A DNA stretch of 64,000 bases, from NCBI GenBank assembly GCA_044226015.1, contig JBGAHS010000001.1, positions 1,056,001 through 1,120,000 on the forward strand. The letters are read 5' to 3'. Under the pieces are notes generated by a model. The model had not been told where the DNA came from, made no database searches, and saw only the letters and a list, made by a program, of their open reading frames with translations. The stretch comes from Candidatus Obscuribacteraceae bacterium. GTDB taxonomy: Bacteria > Cyanobacteriota > Vampirovibrionia > Obscuribacterales > Obscuribacteraceae. Shown one piece after another: positions 51,771-62,195 of the stretch (positions are counted from its first letter, which is position 1; the number at the start of each line of letters is the position of its first letter). The translations under genes and the position numbers were made by a program.

Positions 51771-51937
51771 CTTTACCAGTTGTTGTTTTGAGATTTTTTG
51801 GCGTGCCCATGAATTAGACTAGATGAGCCTCGGAAAGAGTTCAAGCCTCTTGTTAACACACGATAAACTGCTTGGCAGATTATTAATTGGCGTTGAGCAT
51901 CTTCACGAAGGAATGCACCCTGTGGGGAACTGAGCAA

Positions 51938-54745
51938 ATGTGGAAAGTGCTGCTTGCACTTGTATGTCTGGTAATTCTAGTGGTGCCGTCAGTCACCTGG
52001 TGGGTCACGCAACGCCCAGTTCCAGTGCTCGAGGGAATCGGCTCCGTCAACGGCTTATCTAAGCCGGCTCTGGTCAGATATGACGGGAGGGCAATTCCGT
52101 ACGTCAAAGCTGAGACTGACGAAGACGTTTATGCTGCGCAGGGTTATGTTGTGGCACGAGAGCGCATGTTCCAGATGGATATGCTTCGTCGGGCTGCGGA
52201 AGGGCGCTTTTCGCAGGTCTATGGCATCTCCGCGCTGCTGACTGATCGAATGAATCGAACAATCGGTTTCGAGCGTCTTGCAAAAGAAGAGTTGAAGAGT
52301 TTGACTCCGCAAGCTCGTAATGCACTACAAGCTTATTGCCGTGGTGTCAATGCGTACCTGACAGAGAATGACGACAAACTTTCTGTTGAATTTACTGCTC
52401 TCGGTTACAAGCCTGCTCCCTGGCGTGAAATCGACACATTGGCAGTCATGAAGTATCTAGCTTATGAGCTAGATGAGTCATGGAAACTTGATGAATTGCG
52501 CTGGCGAATCACGACACAGGTCGGTGACAATATGGCCGCCAAGCTATTCGAAGACAACTACTCTGTAAGTTCGTGGAGTCCAGACCTTGCTATTTCCGGT
52601 GTTGCAAAATCAACTTTAATAAGAGCCGCCGCACAACCTATTAAGCAGGCAGGTGCAGATTCGTCTCCACTTCCATCGCCGGGTGCGCCTTCAACAGCGG
52701 CGCCTGCTGGGGCTCCAGCTCGGGGAACTGTACTGAGAACGCCCGGGCGAGTTCTCAATCCATCAAATTCTAGAATGATGGGACCATCAGGTTCTACTCA
52801 AAACACTGCACCAAATGTAGTGCCATCGACATCATCACCCCAGACTCTCGGTCCTGATCATTCACCTTTGCGGATAAGTTCTCTTTCTGGTGCGCAGTCG
52901 AACGCAGCGGTTTCGTATAGCCGCAGTTCAAGAGGGACCGCGAGCAACCTGGCAAAGAGAGCCTTGCCCACTGTGAGTGCTGGCTTAGGGCAGGGCATTC
53001 ATCAATTAGCTGCTCAGCCACCATTCTTCCGCAAACCAGATAGAACCTGGGGAAGTACAAACTGGGTTCTTTCTCCGGCATATTCAAAATCTGGTGGCGT
53101 AATGCTTGCTTGTGATAAGCACTCTGCGCTGACTTTCCCTTGCGAGTTCTTTCTGATTTCATTGAGTTCTGCAAACTTGCATGTTGCTGGTGCCACCCTT
53201 CCAGGTGTGCCAGGCGTAGTGTTCGGAAGGAACGATCGCATCTGCTGGTCAAGTTCATCAATGCATGCTGACGTGCAAGATTTGTTTGTTGAACATTTCA
53301 CATCTGAGGTAGAAAACAAATACAAATCGACTAGCAAAATCGAAACAGCTCAGGAATTCAGAGAAGCCATACCCGTGAGATTTGGTGCCGATGTTGAGCA
53401 TAAAGTGACGATAACCCGCCATGGTCCTGTTTTATTCCGTGATAAGGACAGTGGAATTTCGCTTAATTGGTCAGGCTATGAAACAAAGAAACCGTGGCTA
53501 AACACGATATGTGCAATCAATCGCTCAACTGATTGGAATGACTTCCTCAAGAACTTGAGCATTTATGGCGGACCTCCTCAATTGTTCGTCTACGGCGACA
53601 AGTCTGGTCACATCGGCTGCCATGCTGCGGGTGATGTGCCGGTGCGAGCTGGTGGTGGACAAGGCACCACGATGACAGAAGGCTGGAATACCACTGGCGA
53701 TTGGGTCAGCATGGTCGATTTTACTGAGTTGCCTCAGACCTTCATTCCTGCGGGCTCTGCTCCGCGACCTTCAGGCGATTTCTGCATCGCTGCTGGTCAA
53801 AAAATATATTCGATACCAGCTACAGCGAGTCGATATGGACAGCTATGGGGACATCAGTGGGATTCGCCTTACCGAGCCGATCGTTTGGCTCTGTCGCTTC
53901 CAAAAGGAAAGAATGGACAGAAACTAGATTTGCTCGACTTCAGTGCCTATCAGGGAGACCAGCTACAGATGTTGGCGAAGCTGGTGGTCGATGAGTTGAA
54001 GAAAGCCATGGATGCAAGCAAATCGATTGACGCATCGCAGACCAAGGCAATGGAGCTCATGCAACATTGGGACCTGATCGTTAAAGAAGACTCGGCGGCA
54101 GCAAGCTGTTTTGAATCATATGTTGGAACTCTCGCTCGACGCATTCTCGAACCCAAGCTTGGAAAACAGACTACAGATGAATACTTCCAGCACTGGCCGT
54201 TGTGGACTACGCTGGTTGAACACTATCTGCGCACCAAAGACAAAGACTTGACGCCGACAGAGGAAAGAATTCCAGACACGTTTCTGATTACGACGTTTGC
54301 GAAATCAAATACGAGACTTAAACAGTACTTCAATAGTGAAGACGTTAAAGACTGGCTCTGGGGCAAGGCTCACCTGGCTAATTTCAAATTGGTCGGAATG
54401 TATGACGGAGCGAAATGGTTGCACAATTTGCTTGATATTAAAGGAGTACAGGTTGGCGGCGACAGTAATTGTTTGAACGCATGCGATATTGATAGAACGA
54501 TTCAGTCTGGTCCATTTCAAGCAAAGAATGGTCCCACCGTTAGACTCTTGATCGATCTTGCAGACGATGACACGTTCTATGGCAACCTGGCTTTAGGACA
54601 ATCAGGGCATTACAGCTCTCCTTTTAAACAAGACCAACTGAAGTCATGGTTACAGGCAAACCCATTGCCTATCGCATTTTCAGAAGCACAAGTTGAGAAG
54701 CAATGTCGGCAGAAGTTTTACCTTTCTGCACCCGGCAGCAGATAA
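51938..54745 (+). CDS. Penicillin acylase (S45 Ntn-hydrolase) family protein
   Basis: AQGYVVARERMFQMD, GSTNW, GATLPGVPGVVFGRN, TRHGPV, GQSGH. Confidence 0.88.
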   Translation: MWKVLLALVCLVILVVPSVTWWVTQRPVPVLEGIGSVNGLSKPALVRYDGRAIPYVKAETDEDVYAAQGYVVARERMFQMDMLRRAAEGRFSQVYGISALLTDRMNRTIGFERLAKEELKSLTPQARNALQAYCRGVNAYLTENDDKLSVEFTALGYKPAPWREIDTLAVMKYLAYELDESWKLDELRWRITTQVGDNMAAKLFEDNYSVSSWSPDLAISGVAKSTLIRAAAQPIKQAGADSSPLPSPGAPSTAAPAGAPARGTVLRTPGRVLNPSNSRMMGPSGSTQNTAPNVVPSTSSPQTLGPDHSPLRISSLSGAQSNAAVSYSRSSRGTASNLAKRALPTVSAGLGQGIHQLAAQPPFFRKPDRTWGSTNWVLSPAYSKSGGVMLACDKHSALTFPCEFFLISLSSANLHVAGATLPGVPGVVFGRNDRICWSSSSMHADVQDLFVEHFTSEVENKYKSTSKIETAQEFREAIPVRFGADVEHKVTITRHGPVLFRDKDSGISLNWSGYETKKPWLNTICAINRSTDWNDFLKNLSIYGGPPQLFVYGDKSGHIGCHAAGDVPVRAGGGQGTTMTEGWNTTGDWVSMVDFTELPQTFIPAGSAPRPSGDFCIAAGQKIYSIPATASRYGQLWGHQWDSPYRADRLALSLPKGKNGQKLDLLDFSAYQGDQLQMLAKLVVDELKKAMDASKSIDASQTKAMELMQHWDLIVKEDSAAASCFESYVGTLARRILEPKLGKQTTDEYFQHWPLWTTLVEHYLRTKDKDLTPTEERIPDTFLITTFAKSNTRLKQYFNSEDVKDWLWGKAHLANFKLVGMYDGAKWLHNLLDIKGVQVGGDSNCLNACDIDRTIQSGPFQAKNGPTVRLLIDLADDDTFYGNLALGQSGHYSSPFKQDQLKSWLQANPLPIAFSEAQVEKQCRQKFYLSAPGSR

Positions 54746-54758
54746 CTGAGGAAAAAAA

Positions 54759-56366
54759 ATGGCTAGAGTACTGGTAGCAGATGAGATTAGTCCTGAGGGA
54801 ATCGAGCTTATGAAACGCTCGGTTGACGTGGATTACATTCCTGACGTGAGTCATGAAAAGTTGTTGGAAATAATTCCACAGTACGATGCTCTGCTAGTTC
54901 GAAGTCGCTGCAAAGTTACTCGTGATGTTCTCGAGAAATCTGTGAACTTGCGCATCGTTGGGCGTGCCGGAGTCGGTGTCGACAACATCGATTTGCAAGC
55001 TGCAACAGAAAAAGGAGTTCTGGTGATCAATTCACCTGAAGGGAATACTGCAAGCGCCTCAGAGCATACAATCGCATTAATGATGTCATTGTCACGACAG
55101 ATTCCCACAGCCGACTCTTCTATGAAAGATGGACGGTGGGATCGCAACAAGTTTATGGGTTCGGAACTTTTCAACAAGACTCTCGGTATTGTCGGGCTCG
55201 GAAAAATTGGAAGTCGCGTTGCAAATACTGCTCAGGCATTGGGCATGAAAGTAATTGCATTTGACCCATTTATGAGTGCTGAAAAAATTCGCGAGTTGAA
55301 TGTTAGGGCTGCGACATTGCAGGAAATTTGGGAAGAATCTGATTACATCACTTTGCACACCCCAAAAACAAAAGATACTGCGGGCATGATAAACGCAGAT
55401 GTGCTCAACAAGATGAAGAAGAATGTTCGCATTGTGAACGCGGCTCGTGGTGGGCTTATCGACGAAGCAGCTCTTGCTGCAGCAATTAAAGATGGACGCA
55501 TAGCGGGGGCGGCTCTCGATGTCTTTTCTGAAGAGCCTCTGAAAGAGTCAGTATTGCGTGAACTCGGTACAAAGGTGGTTTTGACTCCACACCTCGGCGC
55601 TTCTACCGAAGAAGCTCAGTTCAACGTGGCAATTGATATTGCTGAGCAAATTAGCGATTACCTCACAGGTAAGCATGTTCGCAGCCCCGTCAATTTGCCG
55701 TCGATGAGACCAGAAGTATTGAAGCAACTGGGTAAGTTTGTTTGGCTTGCTGAAGCTATGGCCGCTGTTGCCGGAGAGTTTCTGCAAGGCAACATAAAGG
55801 AAATAGATATTGTGGTGAGCGGCGACCTCGCGAAGAAGGACACAGCTCCTCTGGCGACAGCTGCATTGCGTGGGCTTTTCGCATCCAGAATGGAAGGCGT
55901 GACCTATGTGAATGCTCCAATCGTCGCTAAGAACCATGGTGTTTCTGTTAAACAAAGCAATCTCGGAAGTGATAGCGAGCGTTCAGAAATTATTCTCACC
56001 CTCAAAGGTGACAATGGTGTCTCGCGCTTGACCGGAACTGTTCTTGCGCATGATGAGCCTCTCATCACTCGCATCAACGATTTCCCGATCAACCTTACAC
56101 CTCAGAGGTACATGCTGTTTACCAGCCATCGCGATCAACCAGGTATGGTTGCTAAAGTGGCAGGTTTGCTAGGCGAATTCGATGTAAACATAAGCACTAT
56201 GTCTGTGGCCCGTGTCGGCGTGCGAGAGGAAGCCGTTATGGTCATGGGCTTAGACGATTATCTGAACAAGCGTCTTCTAGGAGACATTGAAAAAGCAGAT
56301 GGAATCCATTTGGCACGATTTGTTTCACTAGATCACCTTCCGCAAGAGACGGTGAAGCTCAGGTAA
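54759..56366 (+). CDS. serA: D-3-phosphoglycerate dehydrogenase (with ASB and ACT domains)
   Basis: GRAGVGVDNID, GLGKIG, NAARGG, TPHLGASTEEAQ, HRDQPGM. Confidence 0.97.
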   Translation: MARVLVADEISPEGIELMKRSVDVDYIPDVSHEKLLEIIPQYDALLVRSRCKVTRDVLEKSVNLRIVGRAGVGVDNIDLQAATEKGVLVINSPEGNTASASEHTIALMMSLSRQIPTADSSMKDGRWDRNKFMGSELFNKTLGIVGLGKIGSRVANTAQALGMKVIAFDPFMSAEKIRELNVRAATLQEIWEESDYITLHTPKTKDTAGMINADVLNKMKKNVRIVNAARGGLIDEAALAAAIKDGRIAGAALDVFSEEPLKESVLRELGTKVVLTPHLGASTEEAQFNVAIDIAEQISDYLTGKHVRSPVNLPSMRPEVLKQLGKFVWLAEAMAAVAGEFLQGNIKEIDIVVSGDLAKKDTAPLATAALRGLFASRMEGVTYVNAPIVAKNHGVSVKQSNLGSDSERSEIILTLKGDNGVSRLTGTVLAHDEPLITRINDFPINLTPQRYMLFTSHRDQPGMVAKVAGLLGEFDVNISTMSVARVGVREEAVMVMGLDDYLNKRLLGDIEKADGIHLARFVSLDHLPQETVKLR

Positions 56367-56372
56367 TTTCTC

Positions 56373-58949
56373 ATGCTCGCGTCTGTTTCGAAATTAGTAA
56401 GAGTAAGCTGCTTGCTCGTACTCCTTATCGGACAGACGCTTGTATTTTCGTGCTGCTCAAGCCCTGTCTTTGCTCTTGATGTCGAGGGTATGGTTAAAGA
56501 CGGCTTGAAAAATCAAATGCCCAAAGTGATTCAGCAAGAGCCGATTAAGGTTGAACGCAAGGCGCAAAAACTTGACGATCTAATTCCGCGTCAGGACATT
56601 CCTTATAGCTATCCACCGATGATTCCTCTTCAAGGCATCACCATTGGTGGCTTGGGTCCTAAAGCTGTTTTGAGCCTTGGAGAAAACTATTTTGTTGTTC
56701 GCAGTAATTCCGGCGTCACCAGTATGGTTGATCTCTACAAGCAAAACAGGCAGGCTGGCAAAGCGAACTTCGTAACTCTAGACTCAGTCTTGCATCCTTA
56801 TTTCGCGTTTTGTAATCGCGTAAATGCATCCACGATAAAACGCTATCTCTTGCCGCAAATAAAAGCCTTGCTTACATCAATGTTGCGAATTGCGGTGTCT
56901 GATTACAAACAAGCAGATGATGTTGAGGTTCGAACTGACGTTGAATGCAACATTGCCTTTCTCAGCCTTGCCTTGAAACTGATTGACCCTGAATTCGCCA
57001 TACCAGCTCTTGGACGAGTGCCGCAAATGGTACAAACAGACTACGATGCTGTTGTGTTTGCAAAGCCGGGAAAGAGTGCAATCTTCGATCGCAATGAGGA
57101 TTTTACTTGCTATAAGCCACAAGGTTGGTTCCGCAGCAGCCCCGAGCTGACCACATTCTTTAGGGTTAAGACCTGGCTTTCCAGGCTCAGCTATCCTATC
57201 AATGATGTGACCTTTGAAGCTGATGGCATCAAGGTAAATAACTTTCGTCGTTCTGTCTTGCTTTATAGATGCCTTGATCTCGCCCGGGTCGATGGCAAGC
57301 CTGCCTTCGATGCTTGGACAAAGATTATAAAAGGTATGTTCTTACTTGGCTCACAGGTAGAAAATTGGCAAGATAGAAATCTCTATGCTCACGATTACAA
57401 AACTGTTTTCAAAGTAAATAACCAGAGTACAGAATTGAAATGGACTCTCGGTGCCCTGGCAGAGCCGCTCTACAGAACCAAGCTCTTGCTAGCAGTTCGA
57501 AAGCAGAAGCCTTTGAGTTTGGGTTCTACCTCTATTTTTGACCTTGAGGAAACTCAAAAAGCAAAAGAATCAGTTGCCGCATTCCGCTTTATGCCAAACA
57601 TTGGTTCGCCGGAAGACCCGTGGTTGACGTATGCAGCAAGTCTGTATCCCAAACCCGGTATTAGCACCAATGTATTTCCTGTTGGTCTTCTGGATTTGAA
57701 TGCGTGGGGAGCGCCTCAGGCGGCCAATTTCTTACTTGATAGCGCCTGGGCAATGGACGAGAGTATGCCGAAGACTGTCAGCGAACTCAAGCGATGGGTG
57801 TTGCGCAGAGGTCTGGGTGGGCAAGTACAACCAGTTGAAAGTCGAATTTGGGGGTTGCTCTCGCCTAGCTGGCGACTGCTTCCGGAAGGCATTCAAACAG
57901 CGCTGCGTGGTGAGATGTGGGCAAATCGAAGATTGGAAACAGTGCTTGCTGCCTGGCTCGACAGTCAACTTGCAATTGCTCCTCAAAATTATTCGGCAGG
58001 AAGCGGAGGTCCATCGAACTCTGATGTCGCAGCTGGTGACAGTAGTGATGAGGGTGTTGAAAATGCAATGGACAAGATGCCGATAGGTGAAAGCCGTCAT
58101 CGTCCAAGTGCGGCTACTGCAGCAACTAAGAAAATAGATACAGCTGCCGGAAAAAGTGCAGCTGTCGTAACCGGAAACAGCGGTGTCAATCGCGCTGGGA
58201 CTCCCAACTCTAATGCACAAAGCGCGGGCATGCAGAACCCCGGCACTAGCATCAAGACGCCCAATGCAGCGACAGGCTCAAGTTTGAATTCCAGACTGGC
58301 AATTTCAAACAAGAGTATTCCCGAGCGTCCATTGAACGCTGCTGTAGCTGCTAATGCTGTGACTACGCCAAAGCCCATGAAGCCAGCGATGCAACGTAGA
58401 GCCGCCCGCGGACATTTCCTTGACCCCTGTCCTGATGTGTACAACAGATTACTTGCAGACACACAGCGAGTTGATAAAGACCTTACTGCATTGGGCTTTC
58501 CTCTTGACCCCAACTTGAAGAGAGGTCTGGACGACTATACTCGTTTATTCCAGCGACTGGCAAAAATTGCAAAAGATGAGTGTGAGGGACGCACACCAGT
58601 AGCCGAAGATCTAAATCTCTTAGGCAACATTGACTTTATACTCGATAAAATCGATGTGCCACTACCAGCGGTTCTGCCTGTTTACCCTTCTGCAAAATTC
58701 GATGCATCATCTTCTGCTGACGATAAGGGCTTTACTATGTCCTTAGGACGACCCGGTCTTCTATATATTATTTTGATGAATAAGAACACTAAGGAGTGGA
58801 CGCTGGCTCGTGGAGCCGTTTACACCTACTATGAGTCGTTCGGAACAAGTTTGACTGAGGAAGAGTTAGTTTCCAAAATTGATTCTGGAACCATGCCAGT
58901 TCCGTATTGGACCGAACGATTCGATCTCTTGCAAGCGGATAGAAAGTAG
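56373..58949 (+). CDS. DUF3160-like secreted protein
   Basis: FVTLDSVLHPY, EDFTCYKPQG, C-terminal ARGAVYTYYE and W; internal low-complexity insert. Confidence 0.7.
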   Translation: MLASVSKLVRVSCLLVLLIGQTLVFSCCSSPVFALDVEGMVKDGLKNQMPKVIQQEPIKVERKAQKLDDLIPRQDIPYSYPPMIPLQGITIGGLGPKAVLSLGENYFVVRSNSGVTSMVDLYKQNRQAGKANFVTLDSVLHPYFAFCNRVNASTIKRYLLPQIKALLTSMLRIAVSDYKQADDVEVRTDVECNIAFLSLALKLIDPEFAIPALGRVPQMVQTDYDAVVFAKPGKSAIFDRNEDFTCYKPQGWFRSSPELTTFFRVKTWLSRLSYPINDVTFEADGIKVNNFRRSVLLYRCLDLARVDGKPAFDAWTKIIKGMFLLGSQVENWQDRNLYAHDYKTVFKVNNQSTELKWTLGALAEPLYRTKLLLAVRKQKPLSLGSTSIFDLEETQKAKESVAAFRFMPNIGSPEDPWLTYAASLYPKPGISTNVFPVGLLDLNAWGAPQAANFLLDSAWAMDESMPKTVSELKRWVLRRGLGGQVQPVESRIWGLLSPSWRLLPEGIQTALRGEMWANRRLETVLAAWLDSQLAIAPQNYSAGSGGPSNSDVAAGDSSDEGVENAMDKMPIGESRHRPSAATAATKKIDTAAGKSAAVVTGNSGVNRAGTPNSNAQSAGMQNPGTSIKTPNAATGSSLNSRLAISNKSIPERPLNAAVAANAVTTPKPMKPAMQRRAARGHFLDPCPDVYNRLLADTQRVDKDLTALGFPLDPNLKRGLDDYTRLFQRLAKIAKDECEGRTPVAEDLNLLGNIDFILDKIDVPLPAVLPVYPSAKFDASSSADDKGFTMSLGRPGLLYIILMNKNTKEWTLARGAVYTYYESFGTSLTEEELVSKIDSGTMPVPYWTERFDLLQADRK

Positions 58950-59082
58950 TCGAGCGCGAATTGTAAGGATTTTGGATCTTCTGTAAATCGTAAGTAAGAA
59001 GCCCGTTATTTGTTGCTGTCTCGCTAGTTCAGGCATGTCTCTTGCGTGATAAGCTGCGATTAGCGATTGTTGAGGCAAATCT

Positions 59083-59838
59083 ATGACATCATCTTTTCCT
59101 GCAGAGAACAAAACTGCCCTTGAACTTCCCGGAGCGGTGCCATTTGATTCTCAAATCTGGTTGCAGTATTTCAAACAAAACAAAAGCCTTCGATCTGCAA
59201 TACGCTTGCCCGAGCGCATTGAGATAAACGCGGAGCTACGGAAACCATTGTTGCGTTCACTTCAAAAATTTCAGATTGGTGAAACTGGAGAAGGGAGACA
59301 CTTACGTTATTTTGCCAAGCGAACTAATGATTCCTCATATTCGCAGTGTATCGATTTGTTTGTTAAGGAAGAGCAGTCACACGGACAGATGATTGCTGAA
59401 GTTATAGCAGCAATTGATGGACGGGTTCTTTCCTGGCACTGGACTGATTGTGCGTTCATTTTGCTGCGCAGAGTTATGGGGCTAAAAACAGAATTGATGA
59501 TTTGTCTCATAGCCGAAATAATTGGGAAGTGTTTCTATAGGTTGCTTGCAGATCGAATCAACAATACCCAGTTGAGCAATGTTTTTGCTTTCATTGTGTG
59601 TGACGAAATTGCGCACTTGCGTTTTCATTCAGAGTTCTTGAATAAGCAGCTGGGTGCTTATCACTGGCTGCTGAAGTTTTTTGTGTACTATTCCTGGAGC
59701 ATCCTTTTTTATACAGCTTGTTTTGTATTTGTGCTTGACCACAAGGACACACTCAAGAAGCTTGAGCTGAGTCCCCCAGACTTTGTCGGACTTTGTTCGA
59801 AAGAGTTCCAACGGGCAGCCAGATGTGTTTTTAACTAG
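59083..59838 (+). CDS. Ferritin-like domain protein
   Basis: FQIGETGEG, EEQSH, AEII, DEIAH diiron-type motifs. Confidence 0.8.
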   Translation: MTSSFPAENKTALELPGAVPFDSQIWLQYFKQNKSLRSAIRLPERIEINAELRKPLLRSLQKFQIGETGEGRHLRYFAKRTNDSSYSQCIDLFVKEEQSHGQMIAEVIAAIDGRVLSWHWTDCAFILLRRVMGLKTELMICLIAEIIGKCFYRLLADRINNTQLSNVFAFIVCDEIAHLRFHSEFLNKQLGAYHWLLKFFVYYSWSILFYTACFVFVLDHKDTLKKLELSPPDFVGLCSKEFQRAARCVFN

Positions 59839-59918
59839 TTTTGCCAACTGCTAATTGATTGTCCAACAAGACTTGCAGTTCAGCATGAGTAGTTTCAGGT
59901 CGAGTTAACGCCGCCGCA

Positions 59919-60087
59919 GACTTGCTGTCACCTATTATTCAATGTCAGATGGGATTCACCAGGGATTCGCTGTATCCACAGTGAGGCGGTTTCACTGCCA
60001 CACGTGATTCACTGTCAAAAGGGTTCGATGCCACGCATGATTTACTGTCAGGCGCGATTCAATATCACACGCGATCTGCTGGCAGCT
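59919..60087. repeat. Degenerate 17-bp tandem repeat, consensus about GATTCACTGTCA-N5
   Basis: Units at 59919, 59936, 59989, 60006, 60022, 60039, 60056, 60073, with partial units at 59953 and 59964. Confidence 0.75.
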
Positions 60088-60091
60088 GAAT

Positions 60092-62080
60092 CTACTGTGC
60101 AGCTCGTCGGCGTGCGGCTTCAATTGCTGCTACCGCATCTGGCTGTTTAAGGCGTTCCATGGTGGAATCATATGCATGTGTTACCAGTTTGTTTAGTGTC
60201 TCCAGCGAAACACTAAACGTCGTTGTCGCCACATCCGGAAGCCCAGTTTCGGCAATTATGTGTCCTTTAGGGTCGGGAAAGCGAGCTTTGAAATCGTTGT
60301 AATAACTCATTTCTCGCATATGCAGGAAGTAATCCCACGGGGCAAGCGGTCCTGTTGGAGGTTGACGAACGAATCCAATCTTTGACACTATGGCTGGTGC
60401 CTGTGAGAGTTGTGCAGGGGTTGGATGGTAATAGAATCCATCTATCAATTCTCTTCCCTGGTACATTACAGGCTTCATATTTAAGCCGTTCGTCGCTGCA
60501 GTCGAGGCTGCCAATGCGGTGGGTAAGTCAATGTTTTTGCCTTCGAAAACAACTGGTGTTTTCGTTATCTTGTCTGCGGCAACAATGCGCAGGTTGTCCT
60601 TTGGTTGAAGCTTGTAGTTATCTACAAATTCCTGAAGCCATGGCTTGAAGTCAATTGAGTAAGGGTAGAGATTCCATGGATCCATTACATGAAAGCACTT
60701 CGCCAGGGTGTCAATGCGTGGGTAACGAAACTCATTGCTCATAAGAATGTTTCTGATTTCTGCAGCCGAATAATTGTTAGCAAATAGTGTTGCAACGAGT
60801 GAGCCACCAGAGACGCCGGTAATCTTTGAAACAGGCACCTTCGCGTCTTCGATAGCTTTCAAAAATCCGGCATGAGCTGGGGCTTCAATGCCACTTGCGC
60901 CTAAAACAATCTCCAGCCCGGGCAACTCACCATCTTTTGGAACTGCATTCTTCGCCGCACGTGGTGCTGCTCCAGATTCCTCGGTTTTCGCCAGAAGTCC
61001 ATCTTTTTTCACAGGCGATGTTGCCAGCTGTTCAAGTAGCTTTGTTTTGCCAGCGTTAGGACTTTCGCCTGCTAGTGCAGCTTCTTTCTTTACTGTTGCT
61101 CTGGCGAGCTGTTCTAGAAAATCGACTTGCGGACCATTTGTTCCACCGTCGGCTTTTATGCCCATCTTCCTGATCGCGTCTTCAACAAGTTTGACTTTCT
61201 CAGCCTCAGTTAAATCTTTGAGGCTGCGCTGACCTGGTTTTCCGTCGAGTTCTATATCATCTGTTTTCTTAGAGACGTTCCTGCTTTCAAGCCACTTAGA
61301 ACCTAATGCAAAGGTTCCGCCAACGAACGCCATGCTCGCCATACTTTCTTTGATTTCTTGTGCGTTGGCCAGTCTGCCTTCTTTTATTGCTGCTGCTTCT
61401 GCGCTTACAAAACCCGCTGGCACACCTGATGCAACTCCTGCAAGAACCTCTGAGCGCAAGGTGGCGGCAACTGGTGAACTCACCATGGTGTTGAGTCCGC
61501 TTTGCTCGATAGCTGAAGCTGCTTTACTTAAGCCCATGCCTAAATATGGGCTGCTGAAGCCGAGCATGGCAAAGGCTGCACCTTGTGCTAGCCCGGTCTT
61601 TCCTTTCTCTTTTACAAAATCGAATGTTCCAAGGTTTGCATCATTTAGTGGCGTAAATAGCGATCCGTAAATCAAGCCGGTTGTACCGGACAGTGCAGCC
61701 TCACGCGACGCGAATTGAAGCATGCTTTGGTTTGCAGCAGCTTCTCCTAGCAGCTTGTTTGCAGCACCGCCAACGGTGGCTCTCAACGCTAAGAAAGGTA
61801 CCATCATACCGACCGCAGAACCTAGTTGTTGCGCATACCAGCGTCCGCTGCCAAACTCGGCATGAGTTGGTGCTTCCACTCCGATGGATCTAAACCCGTT
61901 CTGAACAGCGCTGTCAGCCTTAGCTCCGCCCCATTGTGCGATAGCTCTGACCGGAGACTCAATTCCAGCATATGCGGCTGATTGCAAAAGTTCAGTTGCG
62001 AGACCATGCGACTTTTCAGGCTCTAGCAAACTCGTTTTGCTTAGCCGAACAAGATTATCATTGTGAGCCGCTGACTCCAT
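60092..62080 (-). CDS. Patatin-like phospholipase with a long Gly/Ala-rich hydrophobic N-terminal region
   Basis: IVLGASG..AHAGFL, GVSGG nucleophile elbow, IDGF. Confidence 0.8.
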   Translation of the reverse strand: MESAAHNDNLVRLSKTSLLEPEKSHGLATELLQSAAYAGIESPVRAIAQWGGAKADSAVQNGFRSIGVEAPTHAEFGSGRWYAQQLGSAVGMMVPFLALRATVGGAANKLLGEAAANQSMLQFASREAALSGTTGLIYGSLFTPLNDANLGTFDFVKEKGKTGLAQGAAFAMLGFSSPYLGMGLSKAASAIEQSGLNTMVSSPVAATLRSEVLAGVASGVPAGFVSAEAAAIKEGRLANAQEIKESMASMAFVGGTFALGSKWLESRNVSKKTDDIELDGKPGQRSLKDLTEAEKVKLVEDAIRKMGIKADGGTNGPQVDFLEQLARATVKKEAALAGESPNAGKTKLLEQLATSPVKKDGLLAKTEESGAAPRAAKNAVPKDGELPGLEIVLGASGIEAPAHAGFLKAIEDAKVPVSKITGVSGGSLVATLFANNYSAAEIRNILMSNEFRYPRIDTLAKCFHVMDPWNLYPYSIDFKPWLQEFVDNYKLQPKDNLRIVAADKITKTPVVFEGKNIDLPTALAASTAATNGLNMKPVMYQGRELIDGFYYHPTPAQLSQAPAIVSKIGFVRQPPTGPLAPWDYFLHMREMSYYNDFKARFPDPKGHIIAETGLPDVATTTFSVSLETLNKLVTHAYDSTMERLKQPDAVAAIEAARRRAAQ

Positions 62081-62195
62081 TCCACCGCCTGACTTCCAAC
62101 CCTCAGCCAGTGTCTCATTGGGTCATATATCTGTCTGTGGGAAATCCACCACGGACATCCATCCTGTAAAAAAATTCATTAAGAGAGATTGCGAA

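Noticed and set aside
59919..60087. Degenerate CRISPR array
   Set aside because: A 17-bp period leaves only about 5 variable nt, far too short for spacers
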